Assembly: GCA_023920165.1 (NCBI GenBank)
Contig: CP089275.1
Span: forward strand, 3,224,001-3,288,000
Length of the DNA: 64,000 nt
Direction: 5' to 3'
Source: Curvularia clavata
Lineage: Eukaryota
Below, piece after piece: positions 1 through 14,183 of this stretch; within the stretch, counting starts at the first letter, position 1, and each line of letters starts with the position of its first letter. The position numbers were made by a program, and so were the translations under genes. The notes under the pieces are model-generated. The model worked only from the letters and a program-made list of their open reading frames with translations, was not told the DNA's origin and ran no database searches.

Positions 1-68
1 TTCACATAGTCAATGAAGGGTAAGGAGTGTCCTGCCCTACATGTGGAAGTACGCTGCGCTTCCAGCCT

Positions 69-755
69 TCATCCATCATCCCATCCATTACCCGATCGAT
101 TGGAGTCGAGATAGTCCATTACGTTCTCTCTCAGATTCTCAATGTCCAGTGGTTCGCCTCCATCCCTCCAGAAGGCCGTATTCTGTCCCACATCAGAAGC
201 CTTGCACCTGACACGCTTGTGCAATACCTGGCCCTGGTGATTGAGAGCTATCAACAATACCCACCCATCCTCACATGCCTCCCGGTCGGCCACCACTACG
301 AGCAACGCTTGTGACCACGTGAGTTCCTCGTCTTCCTCTACATCGCGCCCATTGCTACCTTCCATTGCGTCAGGGCACCGTATCAGAGCGCTTAAGATGA
401 AAGAAGGTATTTCGTCCATTAGTTCCACTTCGTCGTCCGCATCTCGTGCCGATACGCCATAGGCAGCAGCATCGTTATCGAAGACATACGGGCCGAACAT
501 GCTGTCATCAAACCCATGTTTGTCCAGGGGCCATAAAGCCTTCTGCCATAAACGATCGTAGGCAGCATCGGAACTTGCGCGGGTGACAGTCTCCTTTTTC
601 GGACTGTCCCTCTCGTCCGCTTCATTGCCATACCATGTTCGAATCCAAATGGCACTGGCGCTGCTCCATTCATCCGGGTCCACTGTTTTGCGCTTCTCAA
701 ATGCCGACAAATCTTTAGGAATATGGTCAGGGACAGGAATCTGCCCCTCTTCCAT
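69..755 (-). CDS. Hypothetical acidic protein (last exon; probably an upstream exon at ~845-960)
   Basis: 228-aa ORF with protein-like composition. Upstream on the minus strand there is a CTAAC..TAG acceptor near 775-810 and an open stretch reading PKEKWDPESILNQQEQEKSLVKTWISLGRH. No recognisable domain. Confidence 0.6.
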   Translation of the reverse strand: MEEGQIPVPDHIPKDLSAFEKRKTVDPDEWSSASAIWIRTWYGNEADERDSPKKETVTRASSDAAYDRLWQKALWPLDKHGFDDSMFGPYVFDNDAAAYGVSARDADDEVELMDEIPSFILSALIRCPDAMEGSNGRDVEEDEELTWSQALLVVVADREACEDGWVLLIALNHQGQVLHKRVRCKASDVGQNTAFWRDGGEPLDIENLRENVMDYLDSNRSGNGWDDG

Positions 756-1702
756 GCATCGTTGGATGTAGGCCTAATGGAAAATTTTGTTAGTGAGCTG
801 TTAGACAGGGTACTCGGGAATTGGGTCGAGAGATCCTACAGAACGACCGTGTCTGCCAAGGCTGATCCATGTTTTCACAAGGCTCTTTTCTTGCTCCTGC
901 TGGTTGAGGATCGATTCTGGATCCCACTTTTCCTTTGGGAAATGTCAGCTACTATCGGTCGTGTTGGAATGGCCCGCCTTGGGTAGTAATCAGGTGCTAG
1001 GGACTGGTCAGGCGTACCACGAGGAAATGATCAAATGGCATGTAGCCAAATATATCCTCCAGCCCGTGCGAAGTAGTCATTGTAGTCGATACAGTATAAG
1101 GCACAGTGAAGGGTGGTGTGCAAGGTTGTGGACCAAGACGATGAAATAGCCCCAGGCGAGATGACTATATGTCGCCAAGCAACCGATAGATATGCAGGAG
1201 TTGGTAAAGACTGGGGACGACTGGGGGCCTCGATCTCCATGCGGATGGGTCCGTCTTGGCAACCGCACTAGTTTATTTACACTCAATTCAGTACGATGGC
1301 TCAGATTTCTTACAGAGTGGGGCATTTTTGTTACAGTAACTTGATTGGCGGATGAGGCAACGTGATCCTACAGCATCGATATGTCATGGTAGATTAATCG
1401 CCTTCAGGCCTTCCGCGGGCCAGGTTGTATGCAGGGCAGTGCATGTACTAGCACCGCAAAGTGCGAACAATAGTTCACTGCGAAATGAGCGCGTCTAAAG
1501 ATGGTAACATGCGAGAAAATTGTACGACGTCAGATGATAATGAGCTAACCGAGTAGGTTTCTCAGCTGGAAGGCTCATGGGAGAGGTGAAATAGCGGGCT
1601 TATGTGTCCAGCGAAGATATCAATCTCAAAACTATATCTATGGCTGGCCGTCGACATCTTTGTGAATGAAAGCACGCCTGTCCAGTTCCTCACTTCGTCA
1701 AT

Positions 1703-3161
1703 ATGTTGGCCAACACATTCCTTCTCGCGACTTTCGCGTCCACACTCATTAGCCCGTCTTTGGCTAGAACATTGAAAAGAGATGAAAAGCCTCTACTCCC
1801 TTACGATCCAAACACCACAAAGTACTGCACTTGGTGGTACGAGAACGATGGTTCGGTAGCTTGTAATCAGATGCCTGCTACCTGGGCCATTACTTTAGAA
1901 GACTTTATGCGATGGGTAAGCTATGTTCTCGAAAGCGTTGCAAAACTCAAGAATAATTGCTCAACTATTCTATAGAACCCTTCCATCACCGCTCAATGCG
2001 GGAACTTCGAGTCTGGAAAATCCTACTGTGTCGAAGCCTACAATGAGCCTGCTCCTATTACGAGCAGTGTCGTTTCTAGCACTCCTACGCCTACACCAAC
2101 CAACTCTGGTGGTGCGCCGGGTCCTACACAGCCGGGCACAGTCAACAACTGCAATCGATGGGACTTTGTCAGTGAAGGCCAGGATTGCAACACCTTCATC
2201 AACAAGTACCCTGGCTTGACGCTGAATGATTTGAAGAAGTGGAACACCGGTATCGGTGACCAATGCCAGACACTCTGGGGTGGTGTATATGTAAGTCCAA
2301 ATACTTTTCACTCAACTCATAGGGCTTTTGGGCTCACAAGTGCATCAGATCTGCACCAGTGTACCTGGATGGGCCCCAATCACTCCATCTTCCACTAAGG
2401 CATCCTCAACCATTCCAACACCTACCAACGGCATTGCGACCCCCTCACCTATCCAGCCCGGCATGGTCAACAACTGCGATTCTTTCTACTTTGTCAAGGA
2501 TGGTGATATCTGCTCGAGTATTGCTCAGAAAAACTCCGTCAGCCTTTCCCAGTTCTACGCATGGAACCCTAACGTTGGCACCACCTGCGGAGGACTCTGG
2601 CTCAATGTCTATGTCTGCGTCTCTATTGTCGGACACAGCCCCACGACCACCACTCCTCCCCCCAGCACTACAGTAAAGCCCACTCCCACCAATGGCATTG
2701 CAACGCCGTCGCCAATTCAGGACGGCATGGTCAACAACTGTGACGCCTTCCACATGGTTAAAAGCGGCGATATATGCGCCAACATTGCTCAACGTTACGG
2801 TATTAGCCTCTCTCAGTTCTATAACTGGAACCCAGCCGTTGGCTCCAGCTGCGCCTCTCTCTGGCTCGACACATACGTCTGCGTGAGCATCGTAGGCGTG
2901 AACCCGTCTACCACGATGAAGACCTCTGCCGTTCCCACGACAACTAAGCCCGGAAACGGTGTAGCCACCCCAACGCCTATTCAAAGTGGCATGACGAACA
3001 GCTGCAAGACGTTCCGCTTTGTCCGCAGCGGAGATACCTGCGCTTCGATTGCACAAGCTGCGGGCATATCGCTCGCGAATTTCTACCGCTGGAACACAGG
3101 AGTCGGATCGAGCTGCCAGTCATTGTGGCTTGACACATATGTCTGCATCGCTCTGTTGTAG
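1703..3161 (+). CDS. Secreted LysM-domain protein (5 Cys-containing fungal LysM modules, Thr/Pro linkers), chitin-binding effector-like
   Basis: Exons 1703-1915, 1976-2290, 2349-3161 (GTAAG..AG introns). Signal peptide MLANTFLLATFASTLISPSLA, then a KR site. Five modules of the type C..F/W..V..GD.C..IA.....SL.QFY.WNP.VG..C..LW...YVC; the first is divergent. Confidence 0.93.
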
Positions 3162-3432
3162 CCGCTATGATAGTGTTTAATTGATCGAAGGTATGGCACC
3201 TTATAGTGCTGTATAATATTGCAATGACGCAGAAGACTCATTTCACACAACCTTTTAATCATTTAGTACATAATATCAATTGTCATGTCGTCTCGAGTAT
3301 AGTAATACGCGCCGTATTGATTATTGCTGTTTGCTTGATGTATAACAAGATTGTTTACTTGGTGCTATACGTAACGTGCCTCTCCCACAAATGATGAAGC
3401 TGGAAAATAGTGGCCTACCTAGCCTGAAAAGA

Positions 3433-4038
3433 GCTGTATTTGTCACAGTTATTCATGTTTGCTGTGTTCTTAGCAGTTGCGACTCTACTTTCAGAGTAAC
3501 TGTAGTTGTTACAGCTATTCATCATCGTGTTCATAGTTTGTCTTTGAAAGTGAGCCTTTCTTGATTTACCGACATTAGTTACTGCTTGTGGAAAAGCGTA
3601 CTTGCTTCACAAGTGCACTGGCCAAATAAGTGTGCTAGGCACTCGGTGTATGAACAATTCCTTCTCTCAGGAGCTTCGTTACTCTCTTGATATCTATCAC
3701 TGATGTTCATATATTCTAGATACAAGGATAGCTCTTCAAAGTAAAGCCTAGATATGCCAATCGATTGGGCCCGTCCTCTGGGTGGCTAGCTGGATGACTT
3801 TGCGAGCAATGGAGTCACGTGACCTGGATCGCGCACTGGGCTTCGCGTTCTGACCAGCACTTAGTTAGTGTTCAACCCCGCTATCCCGCGACTCATTGTG
3901 AGAATAGCTGTAGTTGTAACAGCTGTTTGTTGTTTGCTGTATTCTTTCATCTTGCAACACTGCTTTTGGAAGCAGCGCTAGTTGTCACAATCGTTTATAA
4001 TTTATTTCCGCGTTGACAGCCCGTCTTTGTAGGTGAGC
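3433..4038. repeat. Two diverged direct repeat copies (~125 bp: 3433-3555 and 3907-4038), probable relic of a gene with internal repeats
   Basis: gctgtatttgtcacagttattcatgtttgctgtgttctt aligns with gctgtagttgtaacagctgtttgttgtttgctgtattctt, and tctttgaaagtgagc aligns with tctttgtaggtgagc. The minus-strand translations LTFKDKL and LTYKDGL are interrupted by stops. Confidence 0.5.
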
Positions 4039-4659
4039 TCGTTCTGGTTTCCCGGTTTGCCTGGTTGTGGGAGAGCCTCATCGTCCTTGTCAGGGAGTCC
4101 TTGATATTTGTAACATATATGGGCTACGTTCTTGAGCAAGAGTGCAAGATGCCGCCGTTTTGCTTTAGATTTACTACCTGCCTTTTCAGTAAAGTAGGCA
4201 CGCGTGTTTCTGAAATGTATTATGCAGGTTTCCTTCGTCGGTACTTTGAAAGCCCGATTTTTGCGGAGCAACTTCCACAGTAGAAGGATCTCTCCACAGG
4301 ATATTTCGCCGACTCCCGCATTGCATTGTTTCGCGTTCGGTAAGTACTCTCAAATTGGTAATCATTGGCCGGCAGCACCAGGATGCGCGTCTTCCGGAAT
4401 ACCTATTTTCCTAGAGCACCCCTTTCCTAATGTCTTGGCCACTCATGGGTAGGGGATTTTTATTAACCAATACGAATTGTATCACAGATTCTATGCCTAA
4501 AGAGGCAGAAGTTAAGAAATGACAAGAGATGCTTGCAAACGTGATTCTTCGCAATTACCATAGTCCATGCGACGGACTTGTGCAAGTCAAAAAGCACATC
4601 TAGTCCAGCAATGGCGGACAAGTCGGTTCTGATTCACATTCGCCTTGCCTTCCTTCGCG

Positions 4660-6044
<1,385 letters not shown>

Positions 6045-8663
6045 TGGCAGTGCCAAACATAAGATGTAAGATAATATGAATTTATGGCGGTTCTATTGTG
6101 AAATTAATGGAGATGAATGCATGCAAATAATGCTAGTATCCATCATTACGCAATACTTGTTCGCCGTACCTGTTCGTTGTCTCTTGCGACAAGAACATTC
6201 AATCACGTACAACCTCAGACGAGCGTTTGCTCAGCATTAGGGTTTTTTCAATGGTCAGTGAATATATTTCCGGATAGCCAGCGCGTGTTCGCTCCACTCA
6301 TCTCGATTACATAGGAGCTTGGACTTCATAACTGTACAATAATCATACGAAGCGCCAAGTTACTTTCACTGGCGTTTTGAATCAGCAATTTGCCCATATT
6401 GCCTAGCTACATCTCCTACAGCACACTGGTTCTACACGGAAAATGCCATGCAATCTACCTATCGTAGTGCTAGGCGCTCTGAATTCATTATTGCTAGAAC
6501 GCTTGCAGGAGCGTCAGCAATTACACAAGTCTAGGAAGTTCCGGCAATCAATATGTTGGATCCATTTTGATGGGACAGCCACAAAATCCATTAACATGTG
6601 GTTCTTGCGACGTGTCAATACCACTCTTTACTCCTATGACGATGCGCCCAATCGTGTTACTATATTGATCAATGCTGATCAATTAGTATTAGAAAATTGC
6701 AGGACGCTCTAAGATCGGGTTTGTCGCATCAAATGGTGGTCCTAGGCATCTGTTATGGTGGACGTTAAGTGCACCCAAACTGATTTAGTTGCATGGAACG
6801 AGTCAACTATAAAGGCACACACACACAATAGTGTCGTTTTTATGGCTGGTGGTAGTAATTACTTAATTGTTTGCCTTATATTTCAATATGTAAAGCGGAA
6901 TTTTGTCTAAGTTAAAGAAAAGCTGTGCTCTTTCTCTATTGCCTCTGTTTCACCACATATGTACGAGGTTCCTCATACCCTCGCGCTGCCAATAAGACTG
7001 CATTCTCTTAGCAGTGAGAAGCCGGTGCTAAACCATCTCTACCATTTGGGTGTTCTCCAAATTGCAGCAAGGACACTAATAGATAGAGCCCCTGGAGCAA
7101 TGCCGAACTACGACCCGTAATCATGAATAGAATTCGATAGTAAAAATTCTTTCCTTATCGCCGTTTTAGATCCGCAGCTGTCTTACTGTTATTTCACACC
7201 CAGTTACACGGTTGAGTCAACCAACCGACCGTGTTGACCGCTGACATTCTTCGGCGAGTTGTTTGATGCTAAGAACATAAAAGAATCTTTGTGTAACAGA
7301 ATTTGCATGTTCAATGCCATGAAAGCACCTCATTCGATACTTAGAGTACAACAACCTGTCCATGAAACACTGAGAAAGAATTTCGGGTGACACGCTCTTC
7401 TAGTCTTGCGGCAAATACCGTACATTCTGCTTCTACCGAACAAGGCATACACAAAATCCCGCAAAGTTATAAATGTTTCTGACTTTGGCAATGGGCCGGA
7501 AGGGCCTTAGCGCAACGAGGGTGCCGAGAAACTTAAACTTTACTTGGCTATTTGGCCTTTGCACCTAACTGACGTTTTGCACTAGACGCCCCAGCCGAGG
7601 GAGAGCACAAATATAGATGACTTACAGTGCCGATAGATTCAAGTAATCTTTGGACACAAGTCTGGAATGTCATTGAGAAGAGCATGTGTACTCCGTAGAT
7701 GCAAGAATACTAGCGCCTCTTCCGATCTGTTCGCCCACTTCTTGCGTTGAAACCAGCGGTAACGAAGAGCCATCCTTCCCAAAATTAAATACAATTCCAA
7801 CCTATTCAGCATGTCTCATAGGAACTGCTTTTTCAAAACGTTTGCTCGCCAAAATTCTCGCAATCCAGTATTTCAAGTTCCTTGGGCTTATGGAGTACTG
7901 AGAGCGGATATGGAGGAACTTTATTCTCTCAACTTGGTCTAGTGGTCTCCAATTTCCGACCCCTGTAACGCATGGCCACCATTGCTTCTGTCAAAATAAG
8001 GTAAGCATTCACTAGCTATGCTTGGCAACGGCACTATGCAGCTTAAACCTGAGGTAAATTGGCTGAGGGCGAATTTCTAGAACTTCTAGCGCACGGGAAG
8101 GAGGATTATATGAGTCAGCCTCTTAATAGTGATAGGTAGTTGTTCATGCTTTTAGACTGTAGCGCAACCAGTCTACAACCGCTCTTGCTGATTTTTTTTT
8201 CCGGTCTCTATTCAATAGCAGGATCTATATCCCAGCCAACTAGCATTTCGCATCTAACCAACCTACATTCAGGAACGGATCACTGACATAGCTGACTATT
8301 GTCAGCGGGATGTCACTATCGGACCTATAGGAAATTGTAGAAGTCGGGGTTTTCTCCGAACGCTAAAGTAATTAACAGAAGGCTAAAATAAGCAACAAAC
8401 CGTTGGAAAAGCCACGCTATACTTAGTTGGTACTCCGTATTGATCACTACACGGCTCGGACCTACGACCGAAGAACGGATCAAGCCGTGAAATTGTCGCC
8501 CGCGTAAAGACAGCAATGCCAGCGCATAATGACTTCGTACGATGAGTTTCATATAAGAAGAGGCATAGCTTCCCACTTTTGAAGATCACTTTCAGTCGGC
8601 CGCACGCTCTTTTATAGCACCACATACCGTATTAGCTCCCCCAAAGCCTACATAATAGTGGCC

Positions 8664-10066
8664 ATGTTGTCACTCACTCAAGCTATGGCGGTCCTCACCT
8701 TTACCGGCGCAGTCGTTGCCACTCCTCTTCCCCAGGGTAGGTCAGCTAGAGATTGCTTCCATAAGACTGCAGCACTTGGAAAACACTTACAGAGCCTGTG
8801 CTGACATTCGCTTCATAGATGGTGGTGCTACCGATAGTGGTGCTTTCTCATTGAATCCGATTCCCGAATCCGAGATTGCAGTTTCTGGATTGGAGAACTT
8901 GGTAAACGTGAGACGCAGACATGGCGTCGCCGTCCACCCTGACCTTGTGGAGGCCGCGCAGCGAGATATTCGCAAAAGAAGCGCTGATTTGGTTGCTCGA
9001 AAGTCCACCCAAAAGGTGACTGGATCTGCATCCGGTTGGGCCGATGATAAATTCGATGCTCAATACCTCTATCCAGTCAAGATTGCTGGCAAAACCCTCC
9101 GTGCCAGCATCGGCACTGCTGCCGCCGATTTCTGGGTATATTCGTCTCTTCAGCCTAAGGATCAGCTTAAAGGACATAACTACTACGATGTCAACCCTGC
9201 TCACTTGAAGGTCGGCTCTAACTATACAATTGGATATGACGGCGCTATGGCGGACTCGGAGGGTCTGGTTTATACCGAAGAGAGTAAGTCGTGGTACTGA
9301 ATTTCGAAGGAGATGTTTGCTAACTGATACAGTTACCATTGGCGGTATAACTGGCAGGCAAACCTTCGGAGCAGCTCAGAACGTCTCTGAGACATTCCTA
9401 TCAAACAAGAATCTTGATTGCATGATTGGACTTGGTCTCAGCGACTACAACAACATTATGCCTGAAATCGAGCCCAACTTCTTCGAGACTATTAAACCCC
9501 AGCTAGCGAAGCCAGTTTTTGCCGTTGCTGAAAAGAAAGGAGGCGCAGTTTTTGACTTTGGCTTTTTTGACCAGAAGAAGATTTCTGGTCCCGTTGCCTG
9601 GGCCGACAATAAATGGGAGGACTACTGGCCTGCATACCGTTTCTTTGGCGAAGGATTCAGCCTTGGCAACTCCAAAGTTACGGCCAGGAAGCAAAATATT
9701 CACCTCGATACATCAACTTCACTCAGTTATACTGACTTCGACATTGTGAAGGACTTTTACTCCCGCATCCCCGGAGCATCTTACGACGAGCAACAGCAAT
9801 TCTCGACTCTTCCTTGCAACAGCACACCCCCTGACTGGACTGTCGTTATCAGCGGACAGAAGTTTACCACTCCTGGCTCTCAGCTCATCTCAGAACCCAT
9901 TGACCATACTGGGAAGGTATGCTTGGGCGGTCTCCAGAACATTGGTGGGGGTGTCGACTTCAGCCTTTTCGGCATCAATTTCTTTAAGGGCAAATATGTT
10001 ATGCACGATTTTACGAACCCCAACTCTATCAGACTTGGATTCGCGATGCAGCCTTGTGCCAAGTAA
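8664..10066 (+). CDS. Secreted pepsin-like (A1) aspartic protease homologue, first catalytic Asp absent (probable pseudo-protease)
   Basis: Exons 8664-8736, 8819-9283, 9333-10066. Signal peptide MLSLTQAMAVLTFTGAVVA. Pepsin landmarks: YLYPVKIAG, ADFWV, flap Y, ITIGG, C..PDWTVVISG, CLGGLQ, RLGFA. Active-site motifs read IGTAAAD and LDTSTS. Confidence 0.88.
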
Positions 10067-10665
10067 AGGCTATCTCCGGCGTATCTGGACTCTAGCTTGA
10101 TTTACGCTCTGTGTTTCTACTGAAGATATGAGTTTTTTTTGTTAAACTGTTTAGTACTATAAACTAAAACAAGTAATGTAGTGAAGGAACTAGAATACGA
10201 TGCTTCATCGCCAACATGAGAGTGCTATCTCGTGAAATATATGGAGTTTTGCTGAGTATTCTTCGTGCGGATAATGGTTACGTAGTGATATCAGACGCAT
10301 TAGGCATGTTGTATGGCGGCGCGCGATCTGTCTCAAATTGTTGATCATGCAAACTCGCTCCACGATTTCGGCTGGTGGCACAGGAAAGAAATTCTTTATT
10401 TGGGAGACTATTGGGGCCATTCACTGATGGAATACATGCGCAATCCTCAAGGCAGAAATATAACAATGTTATAGCAAGTCATGTGCACACGCTGCCTAGA
10501 GAATCACTGCCGCGCAAATGCGATGAGAGAGGAATCTCAAGGTTAGCAAAACCACAGTTATCGCATTCATTATACAGTCAAGAGCGTAGGAATAGAAGCT
10601 GAAAAGTAAAATCTTTGAATTCTACATGGCTAGAAGAAACGATAAAAGTGACATTAGATATATTT

Positions 10666-11973
10666 TTACACATTCTGCTCGTTGATGAACAGACCCGCCA
10701 TGCCCATACCAGTACCAATGCACATACTGGTAAGAAGGACCTTCTTCTTCTGTCTCCTGCACTCGCTCAGACCAGTAACAATCTGTCGCGCACCTGTGCA
10801 TCCGAGCGGGTGACCAAGGGCAATAGCACCACCTCTGACGTTGAGCTTTGAGTGATCAATCTTGAGAGTCTCCATGCAGTATACAGCCATGGAAGCGAAG
10901 GCCTCGTTGATCTCGATGAGGTCGACGTCGTCGAGGGTGATGTTGAACTTGCTAAGAAGCTTGGGGATGGCAATGGAGGGGCCGATACCCATGATTCTGG
11001 GGGCGAGACCGGCAACGGTGGCACCAACGTACTTGGCCAGGATGGGCTGGCCGAGCTTCTCGGCGGTGGAGCGCTTCATGAGGAGAACAGCGGCACAGCC
11101 ATCGGTAAGCTGGGAGGAGTTACCAGCGTGTGACCTGTCGCCGTGGGGAAGGAAAGCGGGCTTGATCTTCTGGAGACTCTCGAAGGTGGTTCCGGGTCGG
11201 ATACCCTCATCCTTGGTCAATGTGACGGTCTTCTCCTCGCCGGTCTTGGGGTCCTTGACGACGGTGGTAATGGGTACAATCTCGTCGTCGAACCAGCCGG
11301 CCTTTTGCGCAGCCTCAGCTCTCCTGTATGACTCGGCAGCGAACCTGTCCTGGCGCTCACGCGAGATGTTGAAGTCCTTGCCGACGTTCTCTGATGTCTG
11401 GCCCATGGGCTGCATGCAGTCATTGGCCTCGGGGTTCTCGAGCACCTCAGGAACGAAGGGCCTCTCTAGCCTGTCTCCACCAACAGTCATGCTCTCAGCG
11501 CCGAGCGCCAAACCAATCTCGATGCTGCCGACAGCAATCTGATTGGCAATGTCCTGCACTGCCTTAAGACCAGATGAGCAGAAGCGGTTCAGCGACGATC
11601 CAGAGGTGGTGTTGGGGAAGCCAGCGGCGAGCATGGCAGCGCGGACATAGTAGGCAGCCTTTGCGTCCGAGACGTTACCCAGGCAGATGTCTTCAACGAG
11701 GGCAGGGTCGAGGTTTGCCCTGGCGACAACCTGCTTGAGAGTCTTGACGAGAATGCCATCAAGGGTAGTATCCTTGAAGCCACCCTTGTGGGCCTTGGTG
11801 AGGGGTGTGCGGATAGCGAGGGTGATAACAATGTCGTCGGGGTTCTTTGTGGTCCTGTCACAGCTGTCAGCAATTGCGGTGTTACTGTGGCGCGTTGTGT
11901 TTTCTTACAAGGCCGCTACACCGCCAGTGGAGGGCGTCATGTGGGAGACGATGGACTTGAGGCGTTCAGTCAT
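10666..11973 (-). CDS. POT1: Peroxisomal 3-ketoacyl-CoA thiolase (POT1/FOX3 type)
   Basis: Exons 11973-11909 and 11854-10666. N-terminal PTS2-like RLKSIVSHM. Thiolase motifs NRFCSSGL, EINEAFA, GGAIALGHPLG and SMCIGTGMG. Strong codon bias. Confidence 0.93.
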
Positions 11974-12933
11974 TTTGAGAGTATGTGCGAGAAGAAGCGA
12001 AGAAGATGAGCGAGAGAATTGAGCAGCACGACAAGGACAAAGGGCAGCGGTGATAAATACAGATTGCGGAGGCGGAGACGGACGTCTTAACTCGACGTGT
12101 GGGGCGGCCGCGAGAGCTTGTTGGGCCGAGGTTCTCGGAGCCAGGTCGCCAAGTCACGTTTCTTCGGCAATCAATGCCATGGCAACTCGGGCGTGCCTCA
12201 TCTACCGATTCCTGGCAGAGAAATAGTAATCAGCCCTAGCCCTCGGACATGTCAATTCTGTGTCATTTTCAATCTTTGTGGCAAAAGGAACACAGCAGCT
12301 GCTCTATCGGCTCTTCCCGCCTCCCCACATTTGCCACGGCTGCGCTGCGTGGAGCAATGATGGCCCACTACCCCAACCTCACATCAAAACCCTCCACGAT
12401 GGATCCTTGTATCCTTGCTCGGTCAGCGACTTGTTGGACTCTACTGTGGATCATCCATTAAAAGATATATCTAGGATATAGCCTCCGTCGATATCCAGGC
12501 GCATTGCGTGCATCGTAGAAGATTGGCCCGATGAACGAACGCTGCAGTCTCCAACCACTTTTCGTCTAACAATAAGATACCGAAGAAACAAAGAGTGAGA
12601 TTTGCAAGACTCAGTATCGCCATGTCTTTTTGGAATGCCACAATCTGTGAAATATTAGCTCCAAGAACTCCATGGCAAACGCTCTCACCTGCCAGCACGA
12701 CACGCGCGACCACTATTCCTCTCGCCTCTCCATGCATGCATACATACTAAAATAATCCACGTCTCACCATTCATCAATCAGCTCTACTCTGGCGGTCAGG
12801 TGGGCTCCTAGCAGGACACTGGTAGTGGGTACCGAACAACATCAGGTTGCTGACAAGGCCATAGGAATCAAAACGCTACTGGCGGGAGCATTGATAACAC
12901 TGGAATGCTAACGAAGTTATATGAAATCAATGA

Positions 12934-13372
12934 ACTAACGTCCGTCCCTGAGTAACGGAACACCCTGCGTGGCGGGACGCCATAGACACTCCCCAACACA
13001 AGAAACTAGCAACAGGTTAGAAGAAAGGATATTCTCGGAATAGCAGCCTTTAGCTACAATATCTGTTCTCTCCTTATATCTTTTAGAAACAAGTTCTGCG
13101 TACCGTGCAATACAATAATTTACTATAAGCGTCGCGCGACCGCCTCGCTTTAGTTAGCGGTAGATATATCGAAAGTTAATAGTTATATTTCATTGAAAAT
13201 CTGTCAATGTATAGCTTATTGTATTATCGACTTATCCCGAACACTGCGCTTGAGCTCGAGAGGTCATCGTGCTTCTGTGCCAATTGCAAGTCCGCCCGCT
13301 AGAAGTGCCAGACGAGGAAGACCTGCACACCTAGCTTAAGGCAGCTTAGCTGTAAGCTCTTATCTTATTTCA
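12934..13372. mobile_element. Degenerate solo-LTR-like repeat (copy 1, inverted relative to copy 2)
   Basis: Aligns over ~420 bp to the reverse complement of 19787-20200, e.g. aattgcaagtccgcccgctagaagtgccagacgagg vs aattgcaagtccgcctgctagaagtgccagacaagg. Many transition differences; the termini are eroded. Confidence 0.7.
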
Positions 13373-14183
13373 TTGCGTTGTTGTGGATCAATTGCGTAGA
13401 AAGTAACGTCAAGTTGGATGGGGTGCACAGCTTGCTGATCCCGCCCGTTAGCATTAAACCCACAGCCAGCTTCTAATATGGCTATTATAGAAGTTCAAGA
13501 CAACGTGCAATAGATGAGTATAGCTAACGTGAAAGTCTCTAAGCTATAGAGATAAACCGTCTCGCCGTCCTCTGACTCTGCAGACCCGCCCCTCATCCTT
13601 CGTCCGACCTACTGCGTCCTCGTACTTTTCGAGCATATCGCAACCGATACACATACCAAGTAGTAATCGAGTGTCGCTTCTATAAGAGAGTGTGTGTATT
13701 TTAGGGATATAGCTGTCGTACGGTCATACATCAAACAGCTTCTTGCACAAGCACTGTAATCATTAGGGCCGTATAAAGGCGCTTTATTTTGACCTCTAAA
13801 GGTGATGAAGAGTTTGGATCATCGATGCTCATGAGCGCTGGTAAGGGTAGAGCAGAGGTCTAGTAGTAGCTAAGCTTAGAAAGGTACTACGATATCCATG
13901 TCTGCGTACCGTCATGTCATCAATAATCGCCCCCTTATCTCTTCATAATGCCATCCAGTGCCGACGTTCATGGCAACCATGTGGCTAGTGCGGGTCGACC
14001 ATCCCCTCTTGCTAGCGTCATTAGGGCGTTGATCTACTCCATCAGGGCTTAGGTGGCGAATATTCACTACGATTAAGTGCTCGAAGCTTCGCTCTGGCAA
14101 ATTGGAGAGCTATATATCTACATTGATCCTCAGCCCTTTCTATGCACTAGAAACAATAGAAGATATAAGTAAGGATATCATCC

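Noticed and set aside
6100..8600. Short ORFs in the long spacer between the two protease genes
   Set aside because: No recognisable motifs or repeats could be supported by eye.
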